Below, piece by piece: positions 1 to 10,031 of a stretch of DNA of 64,000 nucleotides. The stretch covers positions 512,001 to 576,000 of the forward strand of contig OZ250186.1 in NCBI GenBank assembly GCA_965238275.1, written 5' to 3'. The stretch comes from Nitrosopumilus sp. GTDB lineage: Archaea; Thermoproteota; Nitrososphaeria; Nitrososphaerales; Nitrosopumilaceae. The notes under the pieces were generated by a model. That model was not told the DNA's origin, did no database searches, and worked only from the letters and a program-made list of their open reading frames with translations. The stretch's first letter is position 1; every line of letters starts with the position of its first letter. Both the position numbers and the translations under genes were made by a program.

Positions 1-130
1 TACATGAGAGGGCATGCGGGCCGTGATGAGCCTATCCCTTTGAGTAATAATGATGATGAGGATCTTGAGTTCTGAGCCCTGCACCATGACATGGTTTGAC
101 TTCCTGATGGTTTTAATTGGACGCAGTGTC

Positions 131-559
131 ATGCACAACATGAAGTCGCTTACCGAGTACCTGACGTTTCACGTGGATACGCGGAGGGCCTTTGTCAACA
201 TAACGCCGGATGTCGGCAGCCTTGTTGAGAAGAGCGGGGTGCGGGAGGGACTGTGCCTTGTGAATGCAATGCACATCACTGCCAGCGTCTTCATTAATGA
301 CAACGAGGAGGGGCTTCATGCAGACTATGAGAAGTGGTTGGAGGGTCTGGCGCCGCACGAGCCCACAGAACAGTACCTTCACAACAGGACCGGCGAGGAC
401 AACGCCGATGCCCACCTGAAACGGCAGGTGATGGGAAGGGAGGTCGTGGTTGCTATAACCGGCGGGAGGCTGGACTTTGGACCCTGGGAGGCCATATTTT
501 ATGGCGAGTTTGACGGAAGGCGGCCAAAACGGGTGCTGGTAAAGATCATCGGGGAATGA
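131..559 (+). CDS. yjbQ: YjbQ/UPF0047 family protein (secondary thiamine-phosphate synthase-like)
   Basis: Motifs [37 protein letters not shown]; start at 131 or 140 rather than 50. Confidence 0.9.
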   Translation: MHNMKSLTEYLTFHVDTRRAFVNITPDVGSLVEKSGVREGLCLVNAMHITASVFINDNEEGLHADYEKWLEGLAPHEPTEQYLHNRTGEDNADAHLKRQVMGREVVVAITGGRLDFGPWEAIFYGEFDGRRPKRVLVKIIGE

Positions 560-1215
560 TTAGCCAAAGTCGACATCGCGCTTTTGGCTTTGGGACTGGT
601 TCTTCCTTGCAGACTCCCGGAATGCATCGTCGTGGTTTTGTGGTCCGTGCCCGCATTTTACGCAGGCTATCTTGAATCCGTCCTCGTACTTTTCATATGT
701 CTGACATCCGCAGAAACAGGCCATGACGGTGTGGGGAGTTTGATGGGATATATCTCTATACCGAGGCAGACGTGGTGGCTAGCATGTCGTGTCATGATGG
801 AATGGGACCAGCAGTTTGGATGAGTTATGCCCCGAAAGGTGTCTCAAGTGATATGATGCAGTCGATATCGGGTTCTACATGAGAGCAACGAGACGGTTTG
901 GAGTAGTGGGGTGTATTGCATCATGCAGATTGCTATGACAAATTTGAATATGGTTGGAGGTTTCCTAACGCGGTTCTGAGATTCTCGGAATTTGTTCCGG
1001 ACAATATGCCACACCGCAAGTCCGAAGATGATCATATTACTATGTACTCTGTGCTTAACGACCAAATCCTGTTGGGCCCCGGTACAGAATCCTCAAGGGA
1101 TCGTCGTCATGACAGATGGGCATACTGACGAATTCGGAGGGGAGGTGTCCTTGACCAAAGGCAGATTTGGCAGGATGGATGCCAATCCTCAATAATGAAA
1201 AGTATCCCATAACGT

Positions 1216-1245
1216 TTCCTGCATTTCCTTTATTCCGTGGAATTT
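1216..1245. repeat. 30-bp direct repeat, left copy (flanks AT-rich cassette)
   Basis: ttcctgcatttcctttattccgtggaattt; 26/30 identical to 3040-3069. Confidence 0.75.
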
Positions 1246-1324
1246 CAGCAAACATGGCGATCCCCGATGTCCACAGGTTTGTTTATTAAAATAGTTTTCA
1301 TCATATTACTGATCCCAGAAGCGT

Positions 1325-2722
1325 TCACACTTTCATGAAGTCTTTTTCCTTAAGAATTTTGGCGTTCTTTTCTTCAAATAGTCGTATTTCATCAATCCAG
1401 GCACTGTACCAATCCCTGAACTCTTTGTTGGTTCTTTGGAATCTGTTCCATTTTTTTACCTTAGAAGAATATATTGACGCTACGTCATTTTTGATCATGT
1501 CTAGATCTCCGGCCATTTTTCGCTCTCTTACCACCCAATCTATAAAATGAGTAAAAAACTCAAAAGATATTCTGCTTGATAATGATCTCTCAATGACATC
1601 ATCCAAAACAAAGTTTTTATCCCTCAATGAACGTAAAAATTCATCTTGGTTTTGAACGTTATATCCTACTAGAATTCCCAAATACAGTAATTTATCCTCT
1701 ATTTTGTGGGATTTGGGCTCAAATGTTTTCTCTTTTCTGATATTTGAGACTACGCTTAGACCTACACGCTGTTCATGAGATATGAGACCCCTGTACGTTT
1801 TACCCATAATTTGTTCTACCGTGATCAATTCACTTACTCCTCCTAACCGAATTGAGTCATATAGCGAAGTGCCGCCATTTGCAATCCATTTGAAAAACTG
1901 TACGATGTTAAGCTCATTAATGATTTCTCTTAAGATTGGCCAGTTATCCGAAATTAAAGGAAGCGCATCTGCATTTTGGATAAGGGCTCTAACAATTTTA
2001 GTAAAATTTTTTACATTGTCTCTATTCAATTCTTCAGGTCTAGTCTTGTCAAAATAGTTCATCACCAGTAAAAAGCCTAACGATGATAAACGGTATTTGG
2101 ATTTCTTAGCAGACGGGATTTCCAAAAGGAGTTTATTTGCAACCATGTCAGACAAAAGTCCATTCAGATCATTTCCCTGTTTCATTTTTGAGTTAAAACA
2201 GGCTGAAAGTTCTTGTAATGACTGTGGCCCATTCAAACCAAGTTCATAAAGTAGGGATATTCTTGGGGATGGTTTGTCAGGAATCGAATGAATTATGCCA
2301 AATTGATCTAAAAGTATCCCCCATCCTAAAAGAGCATATTCAAAACTATATCCCAACACAGTTCGTTCATAATTTGAAAAGAATTCTTCTAAAGGAAATG
2401 TTACATTGGGATTGATTTTGACGTCGTAAACAAAGAACCCAATTTCCCAAAACTCCTCAGAACTGATCCTCAAATCCTTGGACAGAACGTTTAATCCCTC
2501 ATCAGTTATCTCATAAAGTAGTTTTGCTCTACCACGGCCTTTCTTTTTTTCAGCAACCTCAACCATTTTTTTCTCATGTAAAATTTTCATCGAACCCATT
2601 ATAGCAGGATACTTGACGTCAAACTCCGTGCTTAATTCGGACTTGGTTTGTTTACCTTTGATCGCTAGATTTTTCAGGATATTGATCTGTCTATCATTTA
2701 GAACATGGTGTCGCCTGACCAA
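1325..2722 (-). CDS. Hypothetical protein with two predicted winged-helix domains (AT-rich, likely acquired)
   Basis: 465-aa ORF; N-terminal wHTH pattern (QINILKNL...GRGRAKLLYEITDEG) and a second one (LQELSACF...SKYRLSSLG). Confidence 0.7.
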   Translation of the reverse strand: MVRRHHVLNDRQINILKNLAIKGKQTKSELSTEFDVKYPAIMGSMKILHEKKMVEVAEKKKGRGRAKLLYEITDEGLNVLSKDLRISSEEFWEIGFFVYDVKINPNVTFPLEEFFSNYERTVLGYSFEYALLGWGILLDQFGIIHSIPDKPSPRISLLYELGLNGPQSLQELSACFNSKMKQGNDLNGLLSDMVANKLLLEIPSAKKSKYRLSSLGFLLVMNYFDKTRPEELNRDNVKNFTKIVRALIQNADALPLISDNWPILREIINELNIVQFFKWIANGGTSLYDSIRLGGVSELITVEQIMGKTYRGLISHEQRVGLSVVSNIRKEKTFEPKSHKIEDKLLYLGILVGYNVQNQDEFLRSLRDKNFVLDDVIERSLSSRISFEFFTHFIDWVVRERKMAGDLDMIKNDVASIYSSKVKKWNRFQRTNKEFRDWYSAWIDEIRLFEEKNAKILKEKDFMKV

Positions 2723-2729
2723 ATCTAAT

Positions 2730-2766
2730 TATAAGTGAAATAAACTTACTTATAAATTCACTTATA
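2730..2766. promoter_or_regulatory. Inverted-repeat operator in divergent promoter
   Basis: tataagtgaa (2730-2739) ... ttcacttata (2757-2766), perfect 10-bp IR between two divergent ORFs. Confidence 0.55.
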
Positions 2767-2789
2767 TTTAGTCTCTGCCACAAAAACAC

Positions 2790-2984
2790 ATGCAAAAAGA
2801 GAGCCGAACATGCCCATTCTGCTATTCTGAGAAGATCAGATTCGAGGAAAAAGTATCAAACCCACTTTTTATTGCGATCAGCACACTCTTTGTTAATCTG
2901 AACACCGTGTTTGAGCGTAGGAAGCAAGTTCTGAAATGTAGCAAATGTGGATATGAAATCAATCCTAAGAATTTAAAACTGTAA
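2790..2984 (+). CDS. Small zinc-ribbon protein
   Basis: 64 aa with CPFC and CSKC pairs flanking a hydrophobic segment. Confidence 0.65.
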   Translation: MQKESRTCPFCYSEKIRFEEKVSNPLFIAISTLFVNLNTVFERRKQVLKCSKCGYEINPKNLKL

Positions 2985-3039
2985 TTCATCTCAAACATGT
3001 TTGTAATATATCGAAATAATCAAAATTATGGCGCAGTGC

Positions 3040-3069
3040 TTCCCGCGTTTCCTTTATTCTGAGGAATTT
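3040..3069. repeat. 30-bp direct repeat, right copy
   Basis: ttcccgcgtttcctttattctgaggaattt; 26/30 identical to 1216-1245. Confidence 0.75.
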
Positions 3070-3330
3070 TAATGAGCTGTTTGAACCAAGGATAAAGATG
3101 GGATTTGAGTGTCACATGTAGGGAATGCCTTCCTTTTTCGTCATACTTTGGAGGAAAACGCCGTCTCTGGGACGTGGTTGCCTAGACGTGGCAGGGCACT
3201 TGCTTACCGAATGCGCGTGGCAGTTCATCCGGTGCGATCTTAGGGGGAGGACATGCATTATTCCTGAATGCCGTCTACTGTATGCGGGATGGGATGGCGG
3301 ACTGCTTCCATTGCAAGGTCTTGCGGCTCA

Positions 3331-3762
3331 TTATTTGTTCAGTCCCTTCATTCCAAGTGCGGGATCAAACCTTTCCCCGGTGACAAACATCTCGCCGATA
3401 AGCCGCAGCTTGGCCTCACCCAGTTCGCTTTGGACGTCGTCTCCTTCTAAGATCGGTTCGTCTGCGACTGTCAGGCGCTTTCCAAGCGCCAGGATTCCGG
3501 CCAGCTTCAGCGTCTTACCCAATATGATCACATGGTTCTGTAGCAGTTAGGTGATCCTTTCGGAGTCGTACACGGTCAGCTCGTCATACCGCTCGTTGTG
3601 ATCCAACTCCTTGATCGAGACAAGATGGTTCATGAATCTGTTAAGGGAATGGGTATACATGCAGATGGTCGAGTCCGAGTTCATGGCATGGTATAATATC
3701 CTGTATGACCTGTGCTGCTCCGAGAGTTTCTTTGCACGGTTGAGCCACTTTAGCTGCAACAT
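3331..3762 (-). pseudogene. Probable tyrosine-integrase N-terminal remnant
   Basis: ORFs 3547-3762 and 3331-3531 are in the same frame, split by one stop; MNSDSTICMYTHSLNRFMNHL...YDEL...DSERIT*LLQNHVIIL resembles the N-terminal core-binding region of thaumarchaeal integrases; no catalytic domain seen. Confidence 0.4.
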
Positions 3763-3860
3763 CAGGTATTGTATAGCGCGTATCTAGTAAAAATAGTACA
3801 GAAATGGGTCATTAACAAACAAATATAGAAATTATCTTTGCGTTGGTGGTTTTCTTCAGA

Positions 3861-4742
3861 TTACCAGTATTGTGAATGTGCCCTGAGATACCTTCTCATA
3901 AACCACTGTAGGAATGGCATGTCGTCTTCCTTTACCTGTGATCTCTCTAGTGCATTATAATATGAGCGTCTGTCCGTGTATTCGATATCCAGTAGTGGAT
4001 AATCATGCCGGTTTAGCACATGGTTCATCATCAGCCGGGAGATTCTGCCATTTCCATCAACAAACGGATGCACCGTGACGAATTTAAGGTGCACAAGGGC
4101 CGCAAGTTCTACAGGATTAAGCGCTGTCCTGCTTGCATCATACCACCTAAAGAATCCACCCATCATAAGTGCCACCGCAGTATGTAAGGGTGGAACAAAT
4201 TTGCTTCCGCTTATCCCCACTTTTTGTCTGCGGATTTGTCCTGCGATGTCTGCCTGCGTACCCTCAAACAGTCTTTGATGCCATTCCTTGACAACATCCA
4301 GAGACAGATCACCATCCCGCCCCATCACATCAAGAAACAGCCCCTGATGTGCCTCGGCCTCCTTGACATCCCTGTTTGGCCTGTTTGGCGGGGTGACATC
4401 ATCCTCCAGCAAAAGTGTGGTGTCTCTCATGGTCAAGGCAGAACCCTCTATCCTTTGCGTGTTGTACGTGAACCTGATTGAGAAATTCCTGAGATTCTTC
4501 TCGAGCGCGGATTGTGGCATCTTTGATTTTTCCTTCCGAAAGCTGTCACGTATTGTCTCAAGTTTGGGTACCCATTCCGTTCTCTTTACAGACAGGACGA
4601 ATTCCTTCTTCAGATCCGTGACGTTCTCGGGTATCTCCTTTCCCAAGTATGCCTCATGCTGCCTTCGTGTAAGTCCCTTTGAGTCATAAACCATGTAGTA
4701 GTAGTCCCGGTTCCCCTTTCTTCTCTTTACTATACTCACCAT
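3861..4742 (-). CDS. Fic-domain protein (class II, N-terminal inhibitory helix)
   Basis: Canonical HPFVDGNGRISR Fic motif; TQRIEG matches (S/T)xxxE(G/N); basic N-terminus KRRKGNRDYYY...YLGK. Confidence 0.92.
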   Translation of the reverse strand: MVSIVKRRKGNRDYYYMVYDSKGLTRRQHEAYLGKEIPENVTDLKKEFVLSVKRTEWVPKLETIRDSFRKEKSKMPQSALEKNLRNFSIRFTYNTQRIEGSALTMRDTTLLLEDDVTPPNRPNRDVKEAEAHQGLFLDVMGRDGDLSLDVVKEWHQRLFEGTQADIAGQIRRQKVGISGSKFVPPLHTAVALMMGGFFRWYDASRTALNPVELAALVHLKFVTVHPFVDGNGRISRLMMNHVLNRHDYPLLDIEYTDRRSYYNALERSQVKEDDMPFLQWFMRRYLRAHSQYW

Positions 4743-5201
4743 GCATTCCATTACCCAGGAAATTATTTAAGAATTACTAAAAACTACAAATATTCCAGGG
4801 TAAAATGATTCTAGGAAATTCCTGATCATCTGTGCCGGACTGGATTTTCTGCCATGTTATCTGGATACAGCACTCTATGCGACACCGGGATCCGTTGTAC
4901 GACGGGTATGGCTTGCCACGTTCTGAAATGTCTCCGGCCTGTACAAGAAGGAATCCTAGTCTTGCCCAATCCTGACTAACAGACATCATGCTGAGACTGA
5001 ACAGGATCGTTTGGACTGTTATACCGTTGGAACATGGGGCGCAGATTCCGTGAAATTGCCAATCCGGCTGCAAAACAGAGCCGGTAATGGCATGACATCA
5101 CCCTCCAGGCACCAACCGAAGGGGAATGCCTGCTTGAATGCCTGATTATCGGTAGAGAGATTGCCACAAAGATATAAAACTCAGACAGGATGTTTTCCTG
5201 T

Positions 5202-7388
5202 ATGAGCCAGAACTCTCTGTCACTCAAGGTACTAGAGGCGTACACCCGGGACGTTGGAAGGGGAGTTGCAAGGATCGACTACGATTCCATGGACACCCTC
5301 AATGCATCCACAGGCGACGTAATCGAGATCAAGGGCAAGAGAAGGACGGTTGCAAAGTGCCTTCCGCTGTATCCTTCTGACGAGGGAAAGGGGATAATCA
5401 GGATTGACGGGCTTGGCAGGAACAACTCCGGAATTGCGATCGGGGACACCATTGCAGTCAGAAAGATTAAGGCGGTAGCAGCAGAAAAGGTGGTGGTGGC
5501 ACCACTCGAGGCCATTCCGCCAATAGATGAGCGGTACCTTGCAGACGCACTGGAGAGCGTTCCATTAATCAAGGGCGACAACGTCATGGTTCCATACTTT
5601 GGCGGACGCCTGACATTCCAGGTGATCGGCGTTACGCCTGCAGTCGATGCGGTTCTGGTAACACAAAAGACGTTATTTCACATAGCAGAGAAGGGCGAGA
5701 CGCTGCGCGGCGTTCCGCAGGTAACCTATGAGGATATTGGAGGACTTACAGACGAGATAAAGAAGGTCAGGGAGATGATCGAGCTTCCGCTGAGGCACCC
5801 GGAGATATTTGAAAAGCTGGGAATTGAGGCGCCAAAGGGAGTAATGTTGTATGGTCCTCCCGGAACAGGCAAGACCCTGCTTGCAAAGGCAGTCGCCAAC
5901 GAGAGCAACGCCCACTTTATCAGTATATCAGGGCCCGAGATTATGAGCAAGTTTTACGGTGAAAGCGAGGCGCGCCTCAGGGAGATCTTCAAGGAAGCAA
6001 GAGAGAAAGTCCCATCCATAATATTCGTAGACGAGATAGACTCCATTGCACCAAAGAGGGAAGAGGTGACAGGAGAGGTCGAAAGAAGGGTGGTCTCCCA
6101 GATGCTCTCGCTCATGGACGGCCTTGAGGCAAGGGGCAAGGTGATTGTAATATCTGCGACAAACAGGCCAAACGCAATCGATCCCGCACTCAGAAGGCCC
6201 GGAAGGTTTGACAGGGAGATCGAGATCAAGGTGCCTAGCAAGAAGGGAAGAAAGGACATCCTTGCAATCCACAGCAGAAACATGCCGCTTTCAGACGATG
6301 TCAACATAGACAAGATGGCCTCAGTCAGCCACGGATACGTGGGGGCGGACCTGGAGTACCTCTGCAAGGAGGCTGCCATGAAGTGCCTGAGGAGGCTGCT
6401 GCCGATTCTCAACTTGGAGGAGGAAAAGATCCCCACAGAGACCCTGGACAAGCTTATCGTGAACCACGAGGACTTTACCAAGGCGCTAATCGAGATTACC
6501 CCGTCAGGCATGAGGGAGGTGTTCATTGAGAACCCCGATGTCATGTGGGACGACGTCGGAGGGCTGGAGGTTGTAAAGCGGGAGCTGCAGGAGGCAGTCG
6601 AATGGCCCATGAAGTATCCCGGCCTCTATGACAAGCTGGGCCACAGCATGCCAAGGGGAATTCTGTTGCACGGCCCAAGCGGCACGGGCAAGACGCTGCT
6701 TGCAAAGGCGGTGGCCACACAGAGCGAGGCAAACTTTGTATCGGTAAGGGGCCCGGAGCTCCTCTCAAAATGGGTCGGCGAGTCCGAAAGGGGCATCAGG
6801 GAGATCTTCAAGAGGGCGCGCCAGTCTGCGCCATGTGTCATATTCTTTGACGAGATAGACTCGATTGCGCCCGTTAGGGGCGCAGGCGGGGAGACTGCGG
6901 TGACAGAAAGGGTTGTCAGCCAGCTGCTCACGGAACTGGACGGAATGGAGAACATGCACGGTGTCGTGGTGCTTGCAGCAACAAACAGGGCAGACATGAT
7001 AGACCCGGCGCTGCTCAGGCCCGGAAGGTTTGACAAGATAATTCAGATTCCACTGCCGGACAAGGAGAGCAGGATGAGCATACTGAAGATCAACGCAGCA
7101 CAGATACCCATAATTGATGACGTTACCGATCCCCAGCATGTCGACTTGAACAGGATTGCAGACCAGACCGACGGATTGAGCGGTGCTGACACGGCATCCA
7201 TTGCAAACACGGCAGTCTCGCTTGTCATTCACGAGTTTCTGGACTCCCATCCGGATGTCAAGGATATTGAAAATGACAAGCTCACGGCCAAGGTGACAAT
7301 GAAGCACTTTGAAGAGGCCGTAAAGAAGGTCAGGGAACAGAAGGATCTCAAGCTGGGCGAAAAGCTGGCAGTTACCTATTACAGGTAG
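5202..7388 (+). CDS. cdc48: CDC48/VAT family AAA+ ATPase
   Basis: N domain plus two AAA modules ([16 protein letters not shown]; FVDEID, FFDEID; RPGRFD). Confidence 0.97.
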   Translation: MSQNSLSLKVLEAYTRDVGRGVARIDYDSMDTLNASTGDVIEIKGKRRTVAKCLPLYPSDEGKGIIRIDGLGRNNSGIAIGDTIAVRKIKAVAAEKVVVAPLEAIPPIDERYLADALESVPLIKGDNVMVPYFGGRLTFQVIGVTPAVDAVLVTQKTLFHIAEKGETLRGVPQVTYEDIGGLTDEIKKVREMIELPLRHPEIFEKLGIEAPKGVMLYGPPGTGKTLLAKAVANESNAHFISISGPEIMSKFYGESEARLREIFKEAREKVPSIIFVDEIDSIAPKREEVTGEVERRVVSQMLSLMDGLEARGKVIVISATNRPNAIDPALRRPGRFDREIEIKVPSKKGRKDILAIHSRNMPLSDDVNIDKMASVSHGYVGADLEYLCKEAAMKCLRRLLPILNLEEEKIPTETLDKLIVNHEDFTKALIEITPSGMREVFIENPDVMWDDVGGLEVVKRELQEAVEWPMKYPGLYDKLGHSMPRGILLHGPSGTGKTLLAKAVATQSEANFVSVRGPELLSKWVGESERGIREIFKRARQSAPCVIFFDEIDSIAPVRGAGGETAVTERVVSQLLTELDGMENMHGVVVLAATNRADMIDPALLRPGRFDKIIQIPLPDKESRMSILKINAAQIPIIDDVTDPQHVDLNRIADQTDGLSGADTASIANTAVSLVIHEFLDSHPDVKDIENDKLTAKVTMKHFEEAVKKVREQKDLKLGEKLAVTYYR

Positions 7389-7537
7389 TAGTAGTAGTAT
7401 TCTAGTGCGGTTTTGGCCTGTTTAAGGATGTCTTTGCGTGTCACTACAGTATGAAAAGCGTGTGGGGTATAGTACGATACTCTGCGGTACCGGGTGCGAA
7501 TCCAAGACTTTAATTAGTAGTTTTGTGAAACTAAGAT

Positions 7538-7717
7538 GTGTCTACTGCAGTGCAATATAGAATAATCAAGATATCTTCAGAACATGAGGCAAGAATGTTA
7601 GATATCTTGCTAGCTACAAGCCAGCAATTCAAAGCTGTCTCAAAAGATGAATACTACATTACTAAAAGCCAGTGTAATCTACTTACCAAGAAAAAAATAC
7701 CATACCAAAAATTATAA
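7538..7717 (+). CDS. Small hypothetical protein (59 aa), absent from ORF track
   Basis: GTG start, MSTAVQYRIIKISSEHEARMLDILL...KKIPYQKL; TAA overlaps the next ATG (TAATG). Confidence 0.6.
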   Translation: MSTAVQYRIIKISSEHEARMLDILLATSQQFKAVSKDEYYITKSQCNLLTKKKIPYQKL

Positions 7718-8046
7718 TGAGATTAACTAAGAAGGTAAAACTTCACTACAAATTACCAAAATTTGACAATGAGGGCAAGACTATTTCTGGCACAAAAATA
7801 CAAGATGTAAAAAACTTCTTCATATCCAAATATGGCGGCCTGTCTGTTGACAGTCCATCAGAAGGTTATTGGGAAGATGGGGGCTTTGTATTCAAAGATG
7901 TAAATTTAGAGTGTTCCATTTTTATTCCTAAACAAAAATTTGAAAAACAGGTAAAAAAAGAAATTCCAATACACATTGCAAAATTCAAAAAAGATTTTGA
8001 ACAACTTGCCATACTCTGTTATTATCATGGCATAGTATCTACCTGA
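7717..8046 (+). CDS. Hypothetical protein, possible PII-like/DUF3574-like fold
   Basis: LP..DNEG, YGGLS...EGYW, FEQLAI pattern; AT-rich; coupled to upstream ORF. Confidence 0.6.
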   Translation: MRLTKKVKLHYKLPKFDNEGKTISGTKIQDVKNFFISKYGGLSVDSPSEGYWEDGGFVFKDVNLECSIFIPKQKFEKQVKKEIPIHIAKFKKDFEQLAILCYYHGIVST

Positions 8047-8249
8047 TTCTTATTCACATTCTGAATTAATAGAACGCATGAGTAATATCTGATTTTTTAA
8101 ATCCGCCACGGGCATGTTAACACTGCTGTCAAGCTGTAAGTTGTACCTCACATGACGTTCATGTCATCGATGTACAAGAAAGGCAACCGGTCGGATGAAC
8201 ATCGCAATCACCCAAACCCATTTCAAATTCATGAAAGTACGCTTCTCTT

Positions 8250-9918
8250 AGATCCTATGCAGAATGTGCCTGACACGGTAAATCATAAAATCGTGTCCAA
8301 TCTGCGCTAGGCGTGACCATATCTGATAATCCTGCCTGCCACATATTTTACAAATTTGTCTTGTGCGTCCCTGTGAAAAATCTGGTTTCCAGTATTGGAA
8401 AATAAGGCACGTTCTGTAGATGTGCGGCATCCGTCCCCCGGGGGCGGCAGGTTGTTTCATGGGGGAATGGGGGAAATTTGCACAAATATTGGAATTCCGT
8501 GCGCGACATTCCTGCACTGCGGGGTGCCGCCGCGTCTTTCACTCAGTTCAGGTGGCGGCTCGTGCCGCCCTGCCTCAGAGGCGCGCCCTTTCTTCTGCCA
8601 GCCTCTTGAGAAGGTCCGCGTCCCTGAGTTTTATTTCGTCCCACATCAGATCCTGGTTTACCATTCCTGCAATCGCGTTGAGCTCGTCGTTGTACTCCTC
8701 TTCGGTGCCGTCGTACGGGTCAGTCAGCCTCTTGTACTGCTTCAGGTTCCCTATGACGTGCTCTATGGCCACCCGGGAGCTGTTTACCCTCTGGTTGTAG
8801 GCGCGCTGCTTCTTTGTCAGGCCACCGGTCTTTTTGTCGGCACCAGGCTTTTTCTTGTACGGGTGCCTGATGTGCCATCCTGGATATTCCTCCCTTGTCC
8901 CCTGGTAGCCCTTGTCTGTCAGGACGTCTGGCTTTTCCTTTTCGGGCACGTCCTTCTGGCCCATCCTTGCAGTGATGATTCCAAGGTTTGGCGGATCCTC
9001 GTTGAGCAGGGTCTTGTCGTGGACGCTGCCCGGAACTGTCTTGCTTATCGCAACTATCACGCGGCGCTTGTTGATCACGATGTTGGTGTTGTACGTGTGT
9101 GCCTTCTTCTTGCCAGAGTACGTCTTTTTGCGCCTCTCCTTGTCCGCGGATCTTCTGACCCGGTTGTGCGTGCCGTCCACCATCAGTTCTCCTCCCCTCC
9201 TGCCCGGTATTATCTTCTTGCTCTCCTCAAGCGTCCTGGCCTTTTGCGCAGCCTCGCTGATTTTGCGCGGCGCCGTGTCTATCTCGCCGAGCAGCCTGGT
9301 CATCAACGGGAGATACCTGGAGACTGTGGCCTGATCAACGCCAAGCATCGTGGCAAGGGCTTCCTGCGGTATGCTCAGCCTTGACCGAAACAGCCACAGC
9401 AGGTACGCGTGCCTCAGGGGCAGGATGCGCCTGCTTCCGGAGTTTTTTGATCTGCTCCCAACTTCCCAAAAGAGCGCCGCTTCGCTCCAAAAGCTCCTTG
9501 AGGCGGTTCAGCGTGTGGTCAAACTTTTCCGGGGTGCGCAGGGTCATGGCGTGCAGGAATTCAGGATATTTTATGATGTCGTCAAGAAACCTAGACGTGA
9601 CGGTCCAGTGATCAGCCAGGCGTTCCTTGAGGGCCTCGCTCTTCTGCCGGTCTGTCCTGCGCGCCTCCCTGAGGGCTCTGATCCTCTGCCTGTGGAGTTC
9701 TCCTGATTCCCTGAGTTCCTCGTTTTCCTGCCGTATTCTCTGCACGATCGGTTCTGCCAACATTGCCATCACGGTGTGACGTAAAACTCGCCGATCTTAA
9801 CGTTTCGGTTACCGTTCCGGGATTGGCATGTTTTACAGCTCCGTGGATATTTGGCTGCATGCGGGAATAACCCAATTTAATTCAGTTTTTTAAATCAGGC
9901 ACATTCTGCATGAGATCT
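8250..9918 (-). mobile_element. IS5-family (DDE_Tnp_4-type) insertion sequence, complete ends
   Basis: 24-bp TIRs agatcctatgcagaatgtgcctga (8250-8273) / tcaggcacattctgcatgagatct (9895-9918), 2 mismatches; 3-bp TSD ctt at 8247-8249 and 9919-9921. Confidence 0.9.
8575..9772 (-). pseudogene. IS5-family transposase, frameshifted
   Basis: VDGT, YSGKKKAH, HD, DKGYQG, RVAIEHVIGNLK motifs; HTH (QEALATMLGVDQATVSRY) lies in a different frame from the N-terminal ORF, shift near 9470-9490. Confidence 0.85.
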
Positions 9919-10031
9919 CTTGTTAAGCACAATACCTCCTGAACCTCCATCCGATCCTGTCGCACCGTGATCACTTCTGGGTTATCTGGCATAACAGGTA
10001 GTTTTAATAAAATAACCATCAAACCCCCCGT

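Noticed and set aside
560-1215. Short ORFs between yjbQ and the AT-rich cassette
   Set aside because: No motifs, conflicting frames; probably decayed DNA.
8395-9384. 329-aa plus-strand ORF and the many other long antisense/overlapping ORFs in the track
   Set aside because: Shadows of real genes in GC-rich DNA; no recognisable motifs.
9440-9452. Programmed -1 frameshift in IS5 transposase at A AAA AAC
   Set aside because: The heptamer is phased in the downstream frame and the join needs +1, so a simple indel is more likely.
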